Source: Candidatus Hermodarchaeota archaeon
GTDB taxonomy: Archaea; Asgardarchaeota; Hermodarchaeia; Hermodarchaeales; Hermodarchaeaceae
Direction: 5' to 3'
Assembly: GCA_016839805.1 (NCBI GenBank)
Contig: JAEOTO010000031.1
Coordinates: 128,001-192,000, forward strand
DNA: 64,000 bases
Position 1 is the first letter of the stretch. Every line of letters starts with the position of its first letter. Shown piece by piece: positions 49,316-58,872 of this stretch. The notes below the pieces were generated by a model. That model was not told the origin of the DNA and did no database searches. It saw only the letters and a list, made by a program, of their open reading frames with translations. The position numbers and the translations under genes were made by a program.

Positions 49316-51634
49316 TTGGTGGCTAGAGGTATGAGACGAAACTTTGCGTTTGTATTAGTAGCACTACTTTTTGCTTTATCAGTCACGCCGCTAATGCTGA
49401 ATAATTTACAATTATTTAGCAAAGAACAAGAGAGTGCTCAAACAGCACTCTTGGCACCCAGTGGTCCAGATTTAATCCAAGCGAATTGGACACACAATCA
49501 TTTTCCAAATCCAGGTTTCGAAAACTGGTACTCAGTTTGGATTCCTGATGATGTGTATGGCACTACATCCAATGACTATTTAACGAATCCAGTAGGAGCT
49601 CCTCATCCCGTGAACGAAGGGTTGAAATCATTGATGATGCAGGGACGATCCCTGGATGGTCGGGCCTTAGAATTTGATGTGTATAATCCGAATCTGCATT
49701 TAGCGCAAGGTTTGGATAATCTAACGCTCCGTTTCGATTGGTGGGTGGATCAAAATATCGACGATGAGTTGGACCATGATAGGATTTACCTTAAACTTGA
49801 GTTCTACCCCGGTTGGAATATCTACTATTTTTTGAATGGCTCAGTAACTGCAGCTAATAGTACGAATAATGCCTATTTCTTCTTAGGTGGTTTAATTCAA
49901 CAATGGAATCAATTTAGCCGGAATATCACTCATGATATTCTCAGCGTTCCTGAATTTGGAGGAACTATTCCAAGTGGAAGCCAACTTGAAGAAGTGAAAT
50001 TTACGATTCGCATCCAAGGTGGAACCACTCAGTATGTACGAGCCTATTTTGATGATGTGCAACTTATCAATGCAACTAATGGGTATGAATGGATTAATGG
50101 AACAACCAGGAATGGTAATTTTGAAGGAATAGGCAGTTGGTTTCATTTCCCATCTGGAACTAATCCAGGTCTCCGGAGTCGAAGTTCATTGGCGCATTCA
50201 GGAAGTTGGAGTTTAAACCAAAGCGTTATTAGTTGGGGGAATAACAGCTGGTCACGTTCATCATATTCACCTGGAGTACGAGTAACACCTCAGAATCCAT
50301 CAGAGTTACGTTTTTGGTGGTACCTAGATGAAGTTCGTAACCCAACAGAGAATACGTACGCATACGTTGAAATCGAGTGTGTGAACTCAACAGCCGATTT
50401 TACTTTCATCTACTTTCTTAGCCATGGAGGAACCGTTCCTCATCCAACAATAATAACAGAATTTGAGCAGTATGTCTTTTATGCAGACAATTTTAATACC
50501 ACTGGATCCTGGCATTTGTTTAGTCTGGACCTTCTAACGCAGGCTGAACAACTTTTTACCACTGATGAAGTATTAGTCGAAAATATCCAATTCTACCTTC
50601 GAACAGAAGACACCCAGACCCGGATCGTTCTTCTCTTAGATGATGTCTCCCTAGTTGCCTCAGCAGTCAATGGGGCAGGGTTTGAGGACCAACGATCAGT
50701 TAGTGAACCAATTCGTGGATGGGGAGAAAATACTGAATACAACGAATTCACAGTGACATCCACCGCTTATGCCGGAACAAAGGCAGCAAATCTCACACTC
50801 AATGTAGGAGATAATCTGTATACCGATCAGGATGCCAATTATCGTCCTCTCAATGGAACCCGGGAAACTTACCTGGATATTATATGGCGACTTGATCAAT
50901 ACACGCTTGCTTCAGATAACTATGTGATTTTACGTTTGAGTTTTGATGACGAAAAAAGCATTAATTACATACTGATTCCTACTACACGATCCGGTCTTAC
51001 TAATGACAGTACGGAGACGTACTTCAATGTGACTGGGATTGGAACACTGAATACCTGGACTCAAATGCATCGAGATCTCGTTCATGACTATGAAGCAGCG
51101 TTTGGTGTGATTCCAAGTGTTCGATTAACTGAGTTCCAACTCGAATGTTCTTGTAATACGGGTACAGCTCTCACATTTCTCATGGATGACTTTTACCTCT
51201 ACGATGATCCAGCCCCCACTATTACTAATGTTTTACAAACTCCACAGGAGCCTTGGTTTTATGATAACGTGAGTATTGCAGCAGATGCTTTTGATCAAGA
51301 CTTGGAAACAGTTCTATTACTTTATCGCGTAGATGGCGGATCCTGGCAGTTAGAACCAATGATTCACCAAACAGGTGACACGTTCCATGCTATCATTCCT
51401 GTACAGCCAGCTTATGCAGTAGTAGAATACTATATCACAGCTAATGATTCCTGGGGCATGATTACAACACAAATGAATAACACCAATTACTACAGTTATA
51501 CTGTATTAGGTTTTTACACAGGACCGCCACCAATCCCCTGGGTACTCATCATTGGTGCAATAGTTGCAGTACTAATCATAGTGGTCATAATCATTGTATA
51601 TTACTTCATTCTCCGTCCCCGTCAACAAGAATAG
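49316..51634 (+). CDS. Large secreted, membrane-anchored surface protein with repeated beta-sandwich domains
   Basis: Signal peptide, NPGFE/NGNFE/GAGFE repeats, many NxS/T sequons, Ig-like end, C-terminal TM. Confidence 0.82.
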   Translation: MVARGMRRNFAFVLVALLFALSVTPLMLNNLQLFSKEQESAQTALLAPSGPDLIQANWTHNHFPNPGFENWYSVWIPDDVYGTTSNDYLTNPVGAPHPVNEGLKSLMMQGRSLDGRALEFDVYNPNLHLAQGLDNLTLRFDWWVDQNIDDELDHDRIYLKLEFYPGWNIYYFLNGSVTAANSTNNAYFFLGGLIQQWNQFSRNITHDILSVPEFGGTIPSGSQLEEVKFTIRIQGGTTQYVRAYFDDVQLINATNGYEWINGTTRNGNFEGIGSWFHFPSGTNPGLRSRSSLAHSGSWSLNQSVISWGNNSWSRSSYSPGVRVTPQNPSELRFWWYLDEVRNPTENTYAYVEIECVNSTADFTFIYFLSHGGTVPHPTIITEFEQYVFYADNFNTTGSWHLFSLDLLTQAEQLFTTDEVLVENIQFYLRTEDTQTRIVLLLDDVSLVASAVNGAGFEDQRSVSEPIRGWGENTEYNEFTVTSTAYAGTKAANLTLNVGDNLYTDQDANYRPLNGTRETYLDIIWRLDQYTLASDNYVILRLSFDDEKSINYILIPTTRSGLTNDSTETYFNVTGIGTLNTWTQMHRDLVHDYEAAFGVIPSVRLTEFQLECSCNTGTALTFLMDDFYLYDDPAPTITNVLQTPQEPWFYDNVSIAADAFDQDLETVLLLYRVDGGSWQLEPMIHQTGDTFHAIIPVQPAYAVVEYYITANDSWGMITTQMNNTNYYSYTVLGFYTGPPPIPWVLIIGAIVAVLIIVVIIIVYYFILRPRQQE

Positions 51635-51784
51635 ACTCTAAAGTCCGTCCAGCCATGCTGGGCTTTTCCTCCCTTTTGTTAATCAGGGCTATCAAATGAA
51701 ATTGTCTAGATGAAAAGCTATACTTTTCAGGTTACTTAAATACAGAGATTATACTGTAGATATTGAACACGTGTATCACTGAAA

Positions 51785-53176
51785 GTGGTCCTGGGCATGA
51801 AAGGATATGCTAAATGGTTAGCCGTTGCCCTATTCGGGTTTACTCTACTGTTCTTTATTTCACCAGCCCAAGTCCAAGCCTTACCTCCAGACCAGTGGTT
51901 CCCCGGTGCTGAACGTTATTTCTTTGGCCATACCTTTGCCGAGGATTTATGGACGAATGATTCGATTGTCTTCGAGTCTCCGAATAACGACACCGTTCAG
52001 TTCATCGCCAGTTATGTCAATTACCAGGAAAGAGTAGGGAGCTTCCAAGCAATGCTTATTGCCCTAGGCGTTGTAGAAAATGAGAATGGAACCCAATCAA
52101 CGCTACCCTATCAGCTCTTTGGACTACACTATACGACACCCCAAGATCAAGATGTTTTTGTGGGATCACTGTTAGCGTTTCTCTTTGGATTCAATGACAC
52201 TGATAACAATGGTGTGCCTAGCCCAGGTGAAAATCGATTCTTCATTATACCTTATGGTTATAATGAAGGAAACACTACCAAACCCCTAACTATCGAATCG
52301 ATACCAGCAACCCAGCTAGGTGAAAACCAATATCGATTTGGGATACGTTACCAAAATCTATATGGACGACTCGTTTCTGCGAATACCGAAGGCGAATTCA
52401 TCGTCACACTTCTTCTTCCAATATTTGAAATCACTTTTAGTGAATTGACTGTTGTGTATGACATTCGAGTTGACACTGAAAGTGGAGAAATCACGACAGA
52501 AACCTATTACACAATCGGACAAGTAACCGATTTCAGGTTTTTAGGAACGTCAGTTCCTAACTTCCATGATGCGCTACAAAACATCGGGATTGGGGTGGCG
52601 CATCTAGGAATTATTCTCACTCAGAAGTATTTTGTACGTACAGCCGGAAGTACACCATATAGTGGTGTTAATCAAACGCTTGCGAATATTTACACCGATT
52701 TTCAGGGACAAAATCGTGCTTTTTCACTCACTACTCGTGGTACCTATGATGTTCTTAATGAGAGTACTACTCCATCAACTGTGCTGAATTCAAATTTACC
52801 AGCTTACAGCTGGGTGTTCTCACCAGATCCCGTTGATTTACTCTTAATGCTCTGGCAACTCCCGATATCAGCAGACATTTTTAGCATCTTTGCCTTCGCA
52901 ATGAGTGATTATCTTCAAAATCAATTTAATACCCCTCTCGACGTGTATAATCACAGAGAAACTGTATTCAATACAGCAGCATTCTGGTTTGGCGTTACTT
53001 TTCCGGAATCCCATGGTTATCGCGTGGAACATGATCCAGTGTATACAGCTTTTTCTGATATAGGCCAAGGACCTAGCCCATTTGGGTTGATAGTTTTGGG
53101 AACCATAGCGCTAATCGGTATTATTGTGGTTGTTCTCTTTGTCATCAGGGCTAATGGACGAAAGAAAAATGTCTAA
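51785..53176 (+). CDS. Secreted membrane-anchored surface protein, paralog A
   Basis: Signal peptide; shares GHTFAE, TLPYQLFG.H, LWQLP.SAD, YRVEHDPVYTA with 54272-55660; C-terminal TM plus basic tail. Confidence 0.82.
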   Translation: MVLGMKGYAKWLAVALFGFTLLFFISPAQVQALPPDQWFPGAERYFFGHTFAEDLWTNDSIVFESPNNDTVQFIASYVNYQERVGSFQAMLIALGVVENENGTQSTLPYQLFGLHYTTPQDQDVFVGSLLAFLFGFNDTDNNGVPSPGENRFFIIPYGYNEGNTTKPLTIESIPATQLGENQYRFGIRYQNLYGRLVSANTEGEFIVTLLLPIFEITFSELTVVYDIRVDTESGEITTETYYTIGQVTDFRFLGTSVPNFHDALQNIGIGVAHLGIILTQKYFVRTAGSTPYSGVNQTLANIYTDFQGQNRAFSLTTRGTYDVLNESTTPSTVLNSNLPAYSWVFSPDPVDLLLMLWQLPISADIFSIFAFAMSDYLQNQFNTPLDVYNHRETVFNTAAFWFGVTFPESHGYRVEHDPVYTAFSDIGQGPSPFGLIVLGTIALIGIIVVVLFVIRANGRKKNV

Positions 53177-53328
53177 CTCACTAATCGCTTACAAGATCTC
53201 ATGGAGCAACACTCCAATCGTCCTTTACCATATCCAGACCTCTTGTACGACTCAAGGAACAGTAGAGCGTGGACGATATGTATAAAGGCGCATCTTCGAC
53301 AGTGAATATAGAACTAGGAGCATAACAG

Positions 53329-54117
53329 GTGGACGTAGGTAAAACAGACTTGACGGGGATGAGCCGAGTAGTGACGAACCTGGATGAATTCCTTACAGCT
53401 ATTGGACATCCACTTCGTCGACAAATCCTCGAAACCATTTATGCCAATCCAGATATCACTTACTCCAAGATACTCAGCCGAGTGAACATCTCAAGCGGAA
53501 AGCTCAATTTTCATCTACAAAAGCTAGAATCCTTTCTCATCCAAGTCGACGGACAATATCGCATTTCCAATGAAGGATTGAAACTATATCGAACCTGGCA
53601 GATGTTAGAAAATCGACTTGATGGAAAAGAATCACCTAGAACTGCTACGACGGGATTCTTCGCGTTCCGTCGCGTGATTGCATTTTTTATTGATATAATT
53701 TTAATTTTAGCACTCTTGTTCATTGCTGCGGATTTGTCATCAATAACATTGGAAGCAGCATGGTGGCTGAATGGAATACCAGTTCCAGTCTTTGTAACGC
53801 GGATTATCGAAATGATGGTGCTTTATCCACCAGATCTAACTGTTGTGTTAATCCGGGCCTTCATATTAGCAATTATGTGGATGTACTTCACAATTATGGA
53901 GGGTTACCGAGGTCAGACACTAGGTAAAATGTTAGTAAGAGTCCAAATCGTCGATGTAAGCGGGGCTCGAATGGTTCCTCATGCCGCGGCTATTCGGGCG
54001 TTAACCAAGGTTCTGATTCTTCCTTTTGACATTCTCATTGGATTGATTAAATCACGAAAAGCCGGTTTTCTTCGCTTCTTCGGGCACTACACTCGCACCT
54101 GGGTTGTCCGCACCTAA
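53329..54117 (+). CDS. ArsR-like winged-helix fused to RDD membrane domain
   Basis: AIGHPLRRQIL...SSGKLNFHLQKL; RRVIAFFID, EGYRGQTLGKM. Confidence 0.85.
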   Translation: MDVGKTDLTGMSRVVTNLDEFLTAIGHPLRRQILETIYANPDITYSKILSRVNISSGKLNFHLQKLESFLIQVDGQYRISNEGLKLYRTWQMLENRLDGKESPRTATTGFFAFRRVIAFFIDIILILALLFIAADLSSITLEAAWWLNGIPVPVFVTRIIEMMVLYPPDLTVVLIRAFILAIMWMYFTIMEGYRGQTLGKMLVRVQIVDVSGARMVPHAAAIRALTKVLILPFDILIGLIKSRKAGFLRFFGHYTRTWVVRT

Positions 54118-54271
54118 CAGAAACCCGATTATGACCTTATTTCTTACAGATTCCTTAGTAAACCGCAGTTTTCTAGACGGAAAACTAAACTTATCAGCTT
54201 CTTTAAATTATTGAGTTCAGAGGGTTTTCTAACGAGTAACAACCTACCGATACCGGTGTAGGTGTGCTACT

Positions 54272-55660
54272 ATGATTAGAAAAAAGAACATACTTCCAAT
54301 AGTGGTTCTAGGCCTTGCGTTAGCGATTCTCTTTGCACCACTGACAGCTCAGGCAGTTCCCGATGAGACTTATATTCCTGGCAGTGAAGCAGCGATCTTC
54401 GATGGCCATACCTTTGCAGAAGCTGGTGGCTGGACAAGCGAAGTAAACATAACTGATGATGACACAGGCAACTGGATTCAGCTCTTTATGCACCACGTGA
54501 ATCACGGTTCGTTCCAAGCCGGTCTGTTAGCCCTTGGTGACATCTACATCGCTGAAAACAATACGCATGCCACACTTCCTTATCAGCTCTTTGGGATACA
54601 TTTCACAACTCCTACGGGTCGCGAATTATTCGCAGCTGCGAATTTTGCCTTCCTCTTTGCCTTCAATGATACTGATGGCAGCAACACAGTGAACCAACCC
54701 GAAGAGGAACGGTGGTTCGTCATTCCTTATGGCTGGGATGGTGGTAATCGCACGGCAACACCTGTCGTGTCAGCTATTACCATGGATACCAGTACGCCTG
54801 GCGAATATCGATTTGGCGTGAAATACGAAAACCTCTATGCACGAATCGTTGGAGGAAACCTCCTCGAATTCCTTCTTACTCTCAACTTACCACTCTTTGA
54901 GATCCAAATTAGTGAATTGACTTTTGAATACGTGATCACTGTTGATGACGACACTGGAGAAATCACAACCAAGACAGACTATACCATCGGTCAAGTCCTA
55001 GCTTTTTATGCACTAGGACAAGAAGTTCCCATCGGCGAGGTCCACACAGCCCTCCAAAATGTTACAATTGGTGCCGCACACTTCATTTCCGTGTTTGGCT
55101 CTAATTACTACAAACACACAGGGAACCAACTCACTCCCCGTCCTGCATCCCAATGGATCGCCGCGAACATCACAACCGATGCAGCTGGTCGACAGCGCGC
55201 CTTTGCTGTTGGTATTCGTGGAACCTGGGAAAAATACAACGAGACTCCGACAGGAAATGACCTCCTCAGCGACGATAATATTGCGTACAGTTGGATTCTT
55301 CAACCAGCGTTACTATCACCAGAAACGCTGCTTCTCCTCTGGCAACTTCCGCTCTCTGCTGATTTCTTCGCCACCTGGGCTTATGCTGTAGGAAGTCCTA
55401 CATTCCAGACACTCTATGATGGTCCACTTGACGTCTACGAGAATGCCACCTTAAACTTTAACACTGTTGCATTCTGGTATGCGGTCACCTTTCCGAAGTT
55501 CGGAGGTTACCGGGTAGAACACGACCCAGTGTATACCGCCTATTCCAACATCGGACAAGCGGCTCCAGGAATCCCTGGATTCCCATGGGAAGCCATCCTG
55601 ATCGGTGTGGTCGTCTGTTTAGTGGCAGTCTTTCTCGTTCGCAAACGGAAAAAAGTATAA
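54272..55660 (+). CDS. Secreted surface protein, paralog B, with PGF-CTERM-like sorting signal
   Basis: Signal peptide; ends PGIPGFPWEAILIGVVVCLVAVFLVRKRKKV. Confidence 0.85.
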   Translation: MIRKKNILPIVVLGLALAILFAPLTAQAVPDETYIPGSEAAIFDGHTFAEAGGWTSEVNITDDDTGNWIQLFMHHVNHGSFQAGLLALGDIYIAENNTHATLPYQLFGIHFTTPTGRELFAAANFAFLFAFNDTDGSNTVNQPEEERWFVIPYGWDGGNRTATPVVSAITMDTSTPGEYRFGVKYENLYARIVGGNLLEFLLTLNLPLFEIQISELTFEYVITVDDDTGEITTKTDYTIGQVLAFYALGQEVPIGEVHTALQNVTIGAAHFISVFGSNYYKHTGNQLTPRPASQWIAANITTDAAGRQRAFAVGIRGTWEKYNETPTGNDLLSDDNIAYSWILQPALLSPETLLLLWQLPLSADFFATWAYAVGSPTFQTLYDGPLDVYENATLNFNTVAFWYAVTFPKFGGYRVEHDPVYTAYSNIGQAAPGIPGFPWEAILIGVVVCLVAVFLVRKRKKV

Positions 55661-55688
55661 TCCTTCGGGAATAACACTCCTTCCTAGT

Positions 55689-55732
55689 ATCCGCTCGATT
55701 AGATGAGTCGGGCGGATCCTCTCTCCTTTTTT
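55689..55732 (+). terminator. Stem-loop plus T tract
   Basis: ATCCGCTCGATT-agatg-AGTCGGGCGGAT then CCTCTCTCCTTTTTT. Confidence 0.6.
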
Positions 55733-55807
55733 CACCTCAACTAGAGGAGGTGGTATTGAATTTTGTTTAGGGATTCGTAAGTTAGATGAGATTATAAACC
55801 CAAATAG

Positions 55808-55820
55808 TTAACACCGTTAA
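55808..55820. promoter_or_regulatory. Palindromic candidate operator TTAAC-N3-GTTAA
   Basis: Between TATA-like ATTATAAA (55791-55798) and ATG 55822; same motif at 60997-61009. Confidence 0.4.
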
Positions 55821-55821
55821 C

Positions 55822-56517
55822 ATGCCTGTTCGTGAAATCATCGAAATTGATGAAGAGAAATGCACTGGTTGCGGTGATTGTATCCCCAATTGTGCTGAAG
55901 GTGCCCTGCAGATCATCGACGGGAAAGCTAAGTTGATTCGAGATGATTTATGTGATGGGCTTGGAGCCTGTTTAGGGCACTGTCCAGAGGGCGCGTTACG
56001 GATAATTCATCGAGAAGCCCCTGAATTTGATGAAGAAGCTGTTGAAGAACACTTAGCTCAAATGAGCCCCCCTGGATGTGCTTCCTGCGATATGGTCGTT
56101 GACGGGTCCACAGTCGAGACTGCGTCTCAACTTGAAGGAGCGGTTATTCCTCTCGGGCAACGGCAATGGCCCATTGCTTTGCGATTAGTGCCAGTCCAAG
56201 CGTCTTACTTTAAAAATGCTGATTTGCTGATTGCGGCAGATTGTGTTCCCTTTGCCTATCCTGAGTTTCAACAGGACCTTTTACCAGACAAGGTCTTGGT
56301 GTATGGATGTCCAAAATTTGATAATGCCCAGGGATACGTCGAAAAGTTGACAGAGATATTTCGTCAGAATTCAATAAAACGGGTTACAATGGTAAAGATG
56401 GAAGTTCCATGCTGTTCTGGCCTTCAGCGGATTGTTGAAATCGCCGTAGGTCAATCCGGAAAAAGTATTCCAATTGAAAACGTCACCATTGCTGTCAAAG
56501 GAAAAAGAAAAGCATGA
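55822..56517 (+). CDS. 4Fe-4S dicluster ferredoxin-domain protein
   Basis: CTGCGDCIPNC, CDGLGACLGHCP, QWP, AADC, GCPK, MEVPCC. Confidence 0.9.
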   Translation: MPVREIIEIDEEKCTGCGDCIPNCAEGALQIIDGKAKLIRDDLCDGLGACLGHCPEGALRIIHREAPEFDEEAVEEHLAQMSPPGCASCDMVVDGSTVETASQLEGAVIPLGQRQWPIALRLVPVQASYFKNADLLIAADCVPFAYPEFQQDLLPDKVLVYGCPKFDNAQGYVEKLTEIFRQNSIKRVTMVKMEVPCCSGLQRIVEIAVGQSGKSIPIENVTIAVKGKRKA

Positions 56518-57015
56518 TTAAGATTCAGTCCGACCGCGACTGATGTCATCGACTGCATGCTGAATTTCACCATAAGGTGGTTCGACCGTTATATTATCGC
56601 TAATCCATTTCCAGCGAATGAAGCCGTCTGGACTGATAACGAATACCGCACGTTTGCTAGACGTATAGCCATATATTCCTACAAGATCTTCTTGGACTAT
56701 ATCATAGGCACGAATCACAACCCGATTAAAGTCACTTAATATAGGAAAGGAAATTCGATTCTGCTCCGCAAATGCATGATTAGCGAAGGGATCACTCACG
56801 GTAATAGCAATAACTTGAGCGTTCACAGCCTCAAAGTTCGATAAGGAGTCACGAAGAGCACACAATTCCTGAGTACACACGTCTCCATAGGTAGCAGGAA
56901 AGAAGACGAGTACCACAGTTTTTCCTTTAAATTCCTTGAGGGTGCGGAGCTTACGGTCAGTATCATAGAGCTTGAACGGTGGAGCCGATTGACCAATTTG
57001 TAAGCGTGAAGACAT
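56518..57015 (-). CDS. Peroxiredoxin (BCP/AhpE-like)
   Basis: FFPATYGDVCTQELC, LSDFN, RAVFVI. Confidence 0.9.
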   Translation of the reverse strand: MSSRLQIGQSAPPFKLYDTDRKLRTLKEFKGKTVVLVFFPATYGDVCTQELCALRDSLSNFEAVNAQVIAITVSDPFANHAFAEQNRISFPILSDFNRVVIRAYDIVQEDLVGIYGYTSSKRAVFVISPDGFIRWKWISDNITVEPPYGEIQHAVDDISRGRTES

Positions 57016-57167
57016 GAACTACCCACTCTGAAAGTAATGGATTGATTTTTCCAAAAGCCTTCTGGATTATATATTTTTTAATATTAGCGTATAACAATGC
57101 ATGGGGTTTCAAAGAAAAAAGCTGTGGTTTTTTATATTATATCAACCATCTCATTCATTTGATTTCA

Positions 57168-57260
57168 ATGAGGCCACTAATGGGAGAAGATTATCCACAA
57201 GCTGTTCCCACTGATCCAAGCCGACCTTGGCCTTGGCCAATTCCTCCACCACCATTGTGA
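57168..57260 (+). CDS. Putative 30-aa Pro/Trp-rich peptide
   Basis: MRPLMGEDYPQAVPTDPSRPWPWPIPPPPL; TATA-like TTTATATT ~30 nt upstream. Confidence 0.45.
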   Translation: MRPLMGEDYPQAVPTDPSRPWPWPIPPPPL

Positions 57261-57312
57261 TGCATAGAATAACACGAGTTCTGGGAACAAGACAGAGCAC
57301 CTAGTTTCTAAA

Positions 57313-58707
57313 CTAGATATCGTCTTCAACGACTTTCCATTGTTGTCGGGATTCTTGCCAGCGAGTAGTTGCATCGAGAAATGCATGTGATCCAATATTC
57401 TCTGCTTTTCGAAGCACCTCGATATTCTCTACGCCTTTTTCCCGACTTATTACCCGAACCAACTGCTGAGTGATAGAAGAACACCATATAGGTCGTTGAA
57501 AGGAAATTTCACAACCAACATCCGTGAAGAGGACAAAAGCGTAAGGCAGAAGAGTCGGTATTAATTTCACAAAATTAAGAGCTTCTGGTGAACACTGCAC
57601 GGATAAAATGATGAACTCTTCGAAGGAGGGAGCAACGAAATAGGCATAGGGAAAGAAAGCTTTTTCTTTCAATAACCTTTGTTCTCGCGCCCAGATTGTC
57701 TTTTTTGATAATTTGAATCCGAATTGTTTCAACATATCCTGTTTCCATTCAAAGTTACTCGGGCGAAGAATTATTCCAGCTAAGAGAGCCAGGAGATAGT
57801 CAACTTGATCAAATTGGAGAGGAGATTCAAATTTAAATTCCAAAGGTTCAGGAAGGAGATCACCATGTCTTTTCGTAAAATACAGAATTCCCTCAGAGAC
57901 GATGTTAGGATCAAGTAACCAGGATCCACTAGAGGGCTCATAAGCATCGAATGACATGCTGACCTGAGCCCCTATTCCTTTAAGAATTTGACAGGTATCA
58001 AAAAATTCGTTTTGGAGCATTTCAATTCTTTTGTGAAAAAATTTGAGTCCTTTAGGCTGATCGGGAATTTGATAACCCAGATAACCTCTGCGGTAATCTT
58101 CATCGAAAGAAAGGGTTCTGAGAAAGCGGGGTCTTCTTGTTCGGAATAATTCGCTAAGCGATTCTGAATGATTTAGAGATTTTGTCCGAAAATGAACAAT
58201 GAATTGAGTGAGTTTGAATTTCTGTGGGTCCTCTAATCCAGCAATCCTGAACGAAAAATAAGTTCGCAGAGATGTTATGTCTTTGGAAAGGCTTCGAAAA
58301 GAAATGCCAAGAGTTGTTGCGATTTGAGATTTCGATGCTAAAGGATTTTGATAATATTCATTGAGAATTTTTACCATCCGTGGAGTAAGTTTGAGAGTTG
58401 AATAGTCTTCAAACGTACAGGTCAATGAGTCCATTATTCGTTGGGGATCAGATATTTCATAGCGATCAATAAGAGCTAGACGGGATTCTAACGTTTCTAA
58501 AGCCGCTTTATCACCTGTTCCGACCCAATGTGAGATTAATGGATGATCTTGATAGGTAGTTTCCTTTTCTGTCAGTTGTTGACCAGTCATCCGTTTATTA
58601 ATTAATTTGACATTGGCCAGAAAATGTTCAAGGTCTGCTTTTTTAGCGGAACTAGGAATTCTCGTTAAAATGCGATCAAGAATGGTTTCCAATTCTTTTT
58701 GTTCCAT
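57313..58707 (-). CDS. Large regulator with tandem Lrp/AsnC-like HTH + RAM-like modules
   Basis: LTPRMVKIL...NPLASKSQIATTLGIS HTH then DPQKFKL; second unit FDQVD...LSKKTIWAREQRL. Confidence 0.7.
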   Translation of the reverse strand: MEQKELETILDRILTRIPSSAKKADLEHFLANVKLINKRMTGQQLTEKETTYQDHPLISHWVGTGDKAALETLESRLALIDRYEISDPQRIMDSLTCTFEDYSTLKLTPRMVKILNEYYQNPLASKSQIATTLGISFRSLSKDITSLRTYFSFRIAGLEDPQKFKLTQFIVHFRTKSLNHSESLSELFRTRRPRFLRTLSFDEDYRRGYLGYQIPDQPKGLKFFHKRIEMLQNEFFDTCQILKGIGAQVSMSFDAYEPSSGSWLLDPNIVSEGILYFTKRHGDLLPEPLEFKFESPLQFDQVDYLLALLAGIILRPSNFEWKQDMLKQFGFKLSKKTIWAREQRLLKEKAFFPYAYFVAPSFEEFIILSVQCSPEALNFVKLIPTLLPYAFVLFTDVGCEISFQRPIWCSSITQQLVRVISREKGVENIEVLRKAENIGSHAFLDATTRWQESRQQWKVVEDDI

Positions 58708-58872
58708 GACCTCTCACTTTTCATGCCCTAAGATGTTCCACTAATTATGTACCAATAAGCAATTTATCTTCTTTAAGTGACAGGTTTTTAGCCAAGGGTT
58801 TTTTGCCTAAAGCCTTTTGAACGGGCAGGTATGCTTCTAGAAGCTAGATTGGAGTCGTCGGAGGTTATTAGA

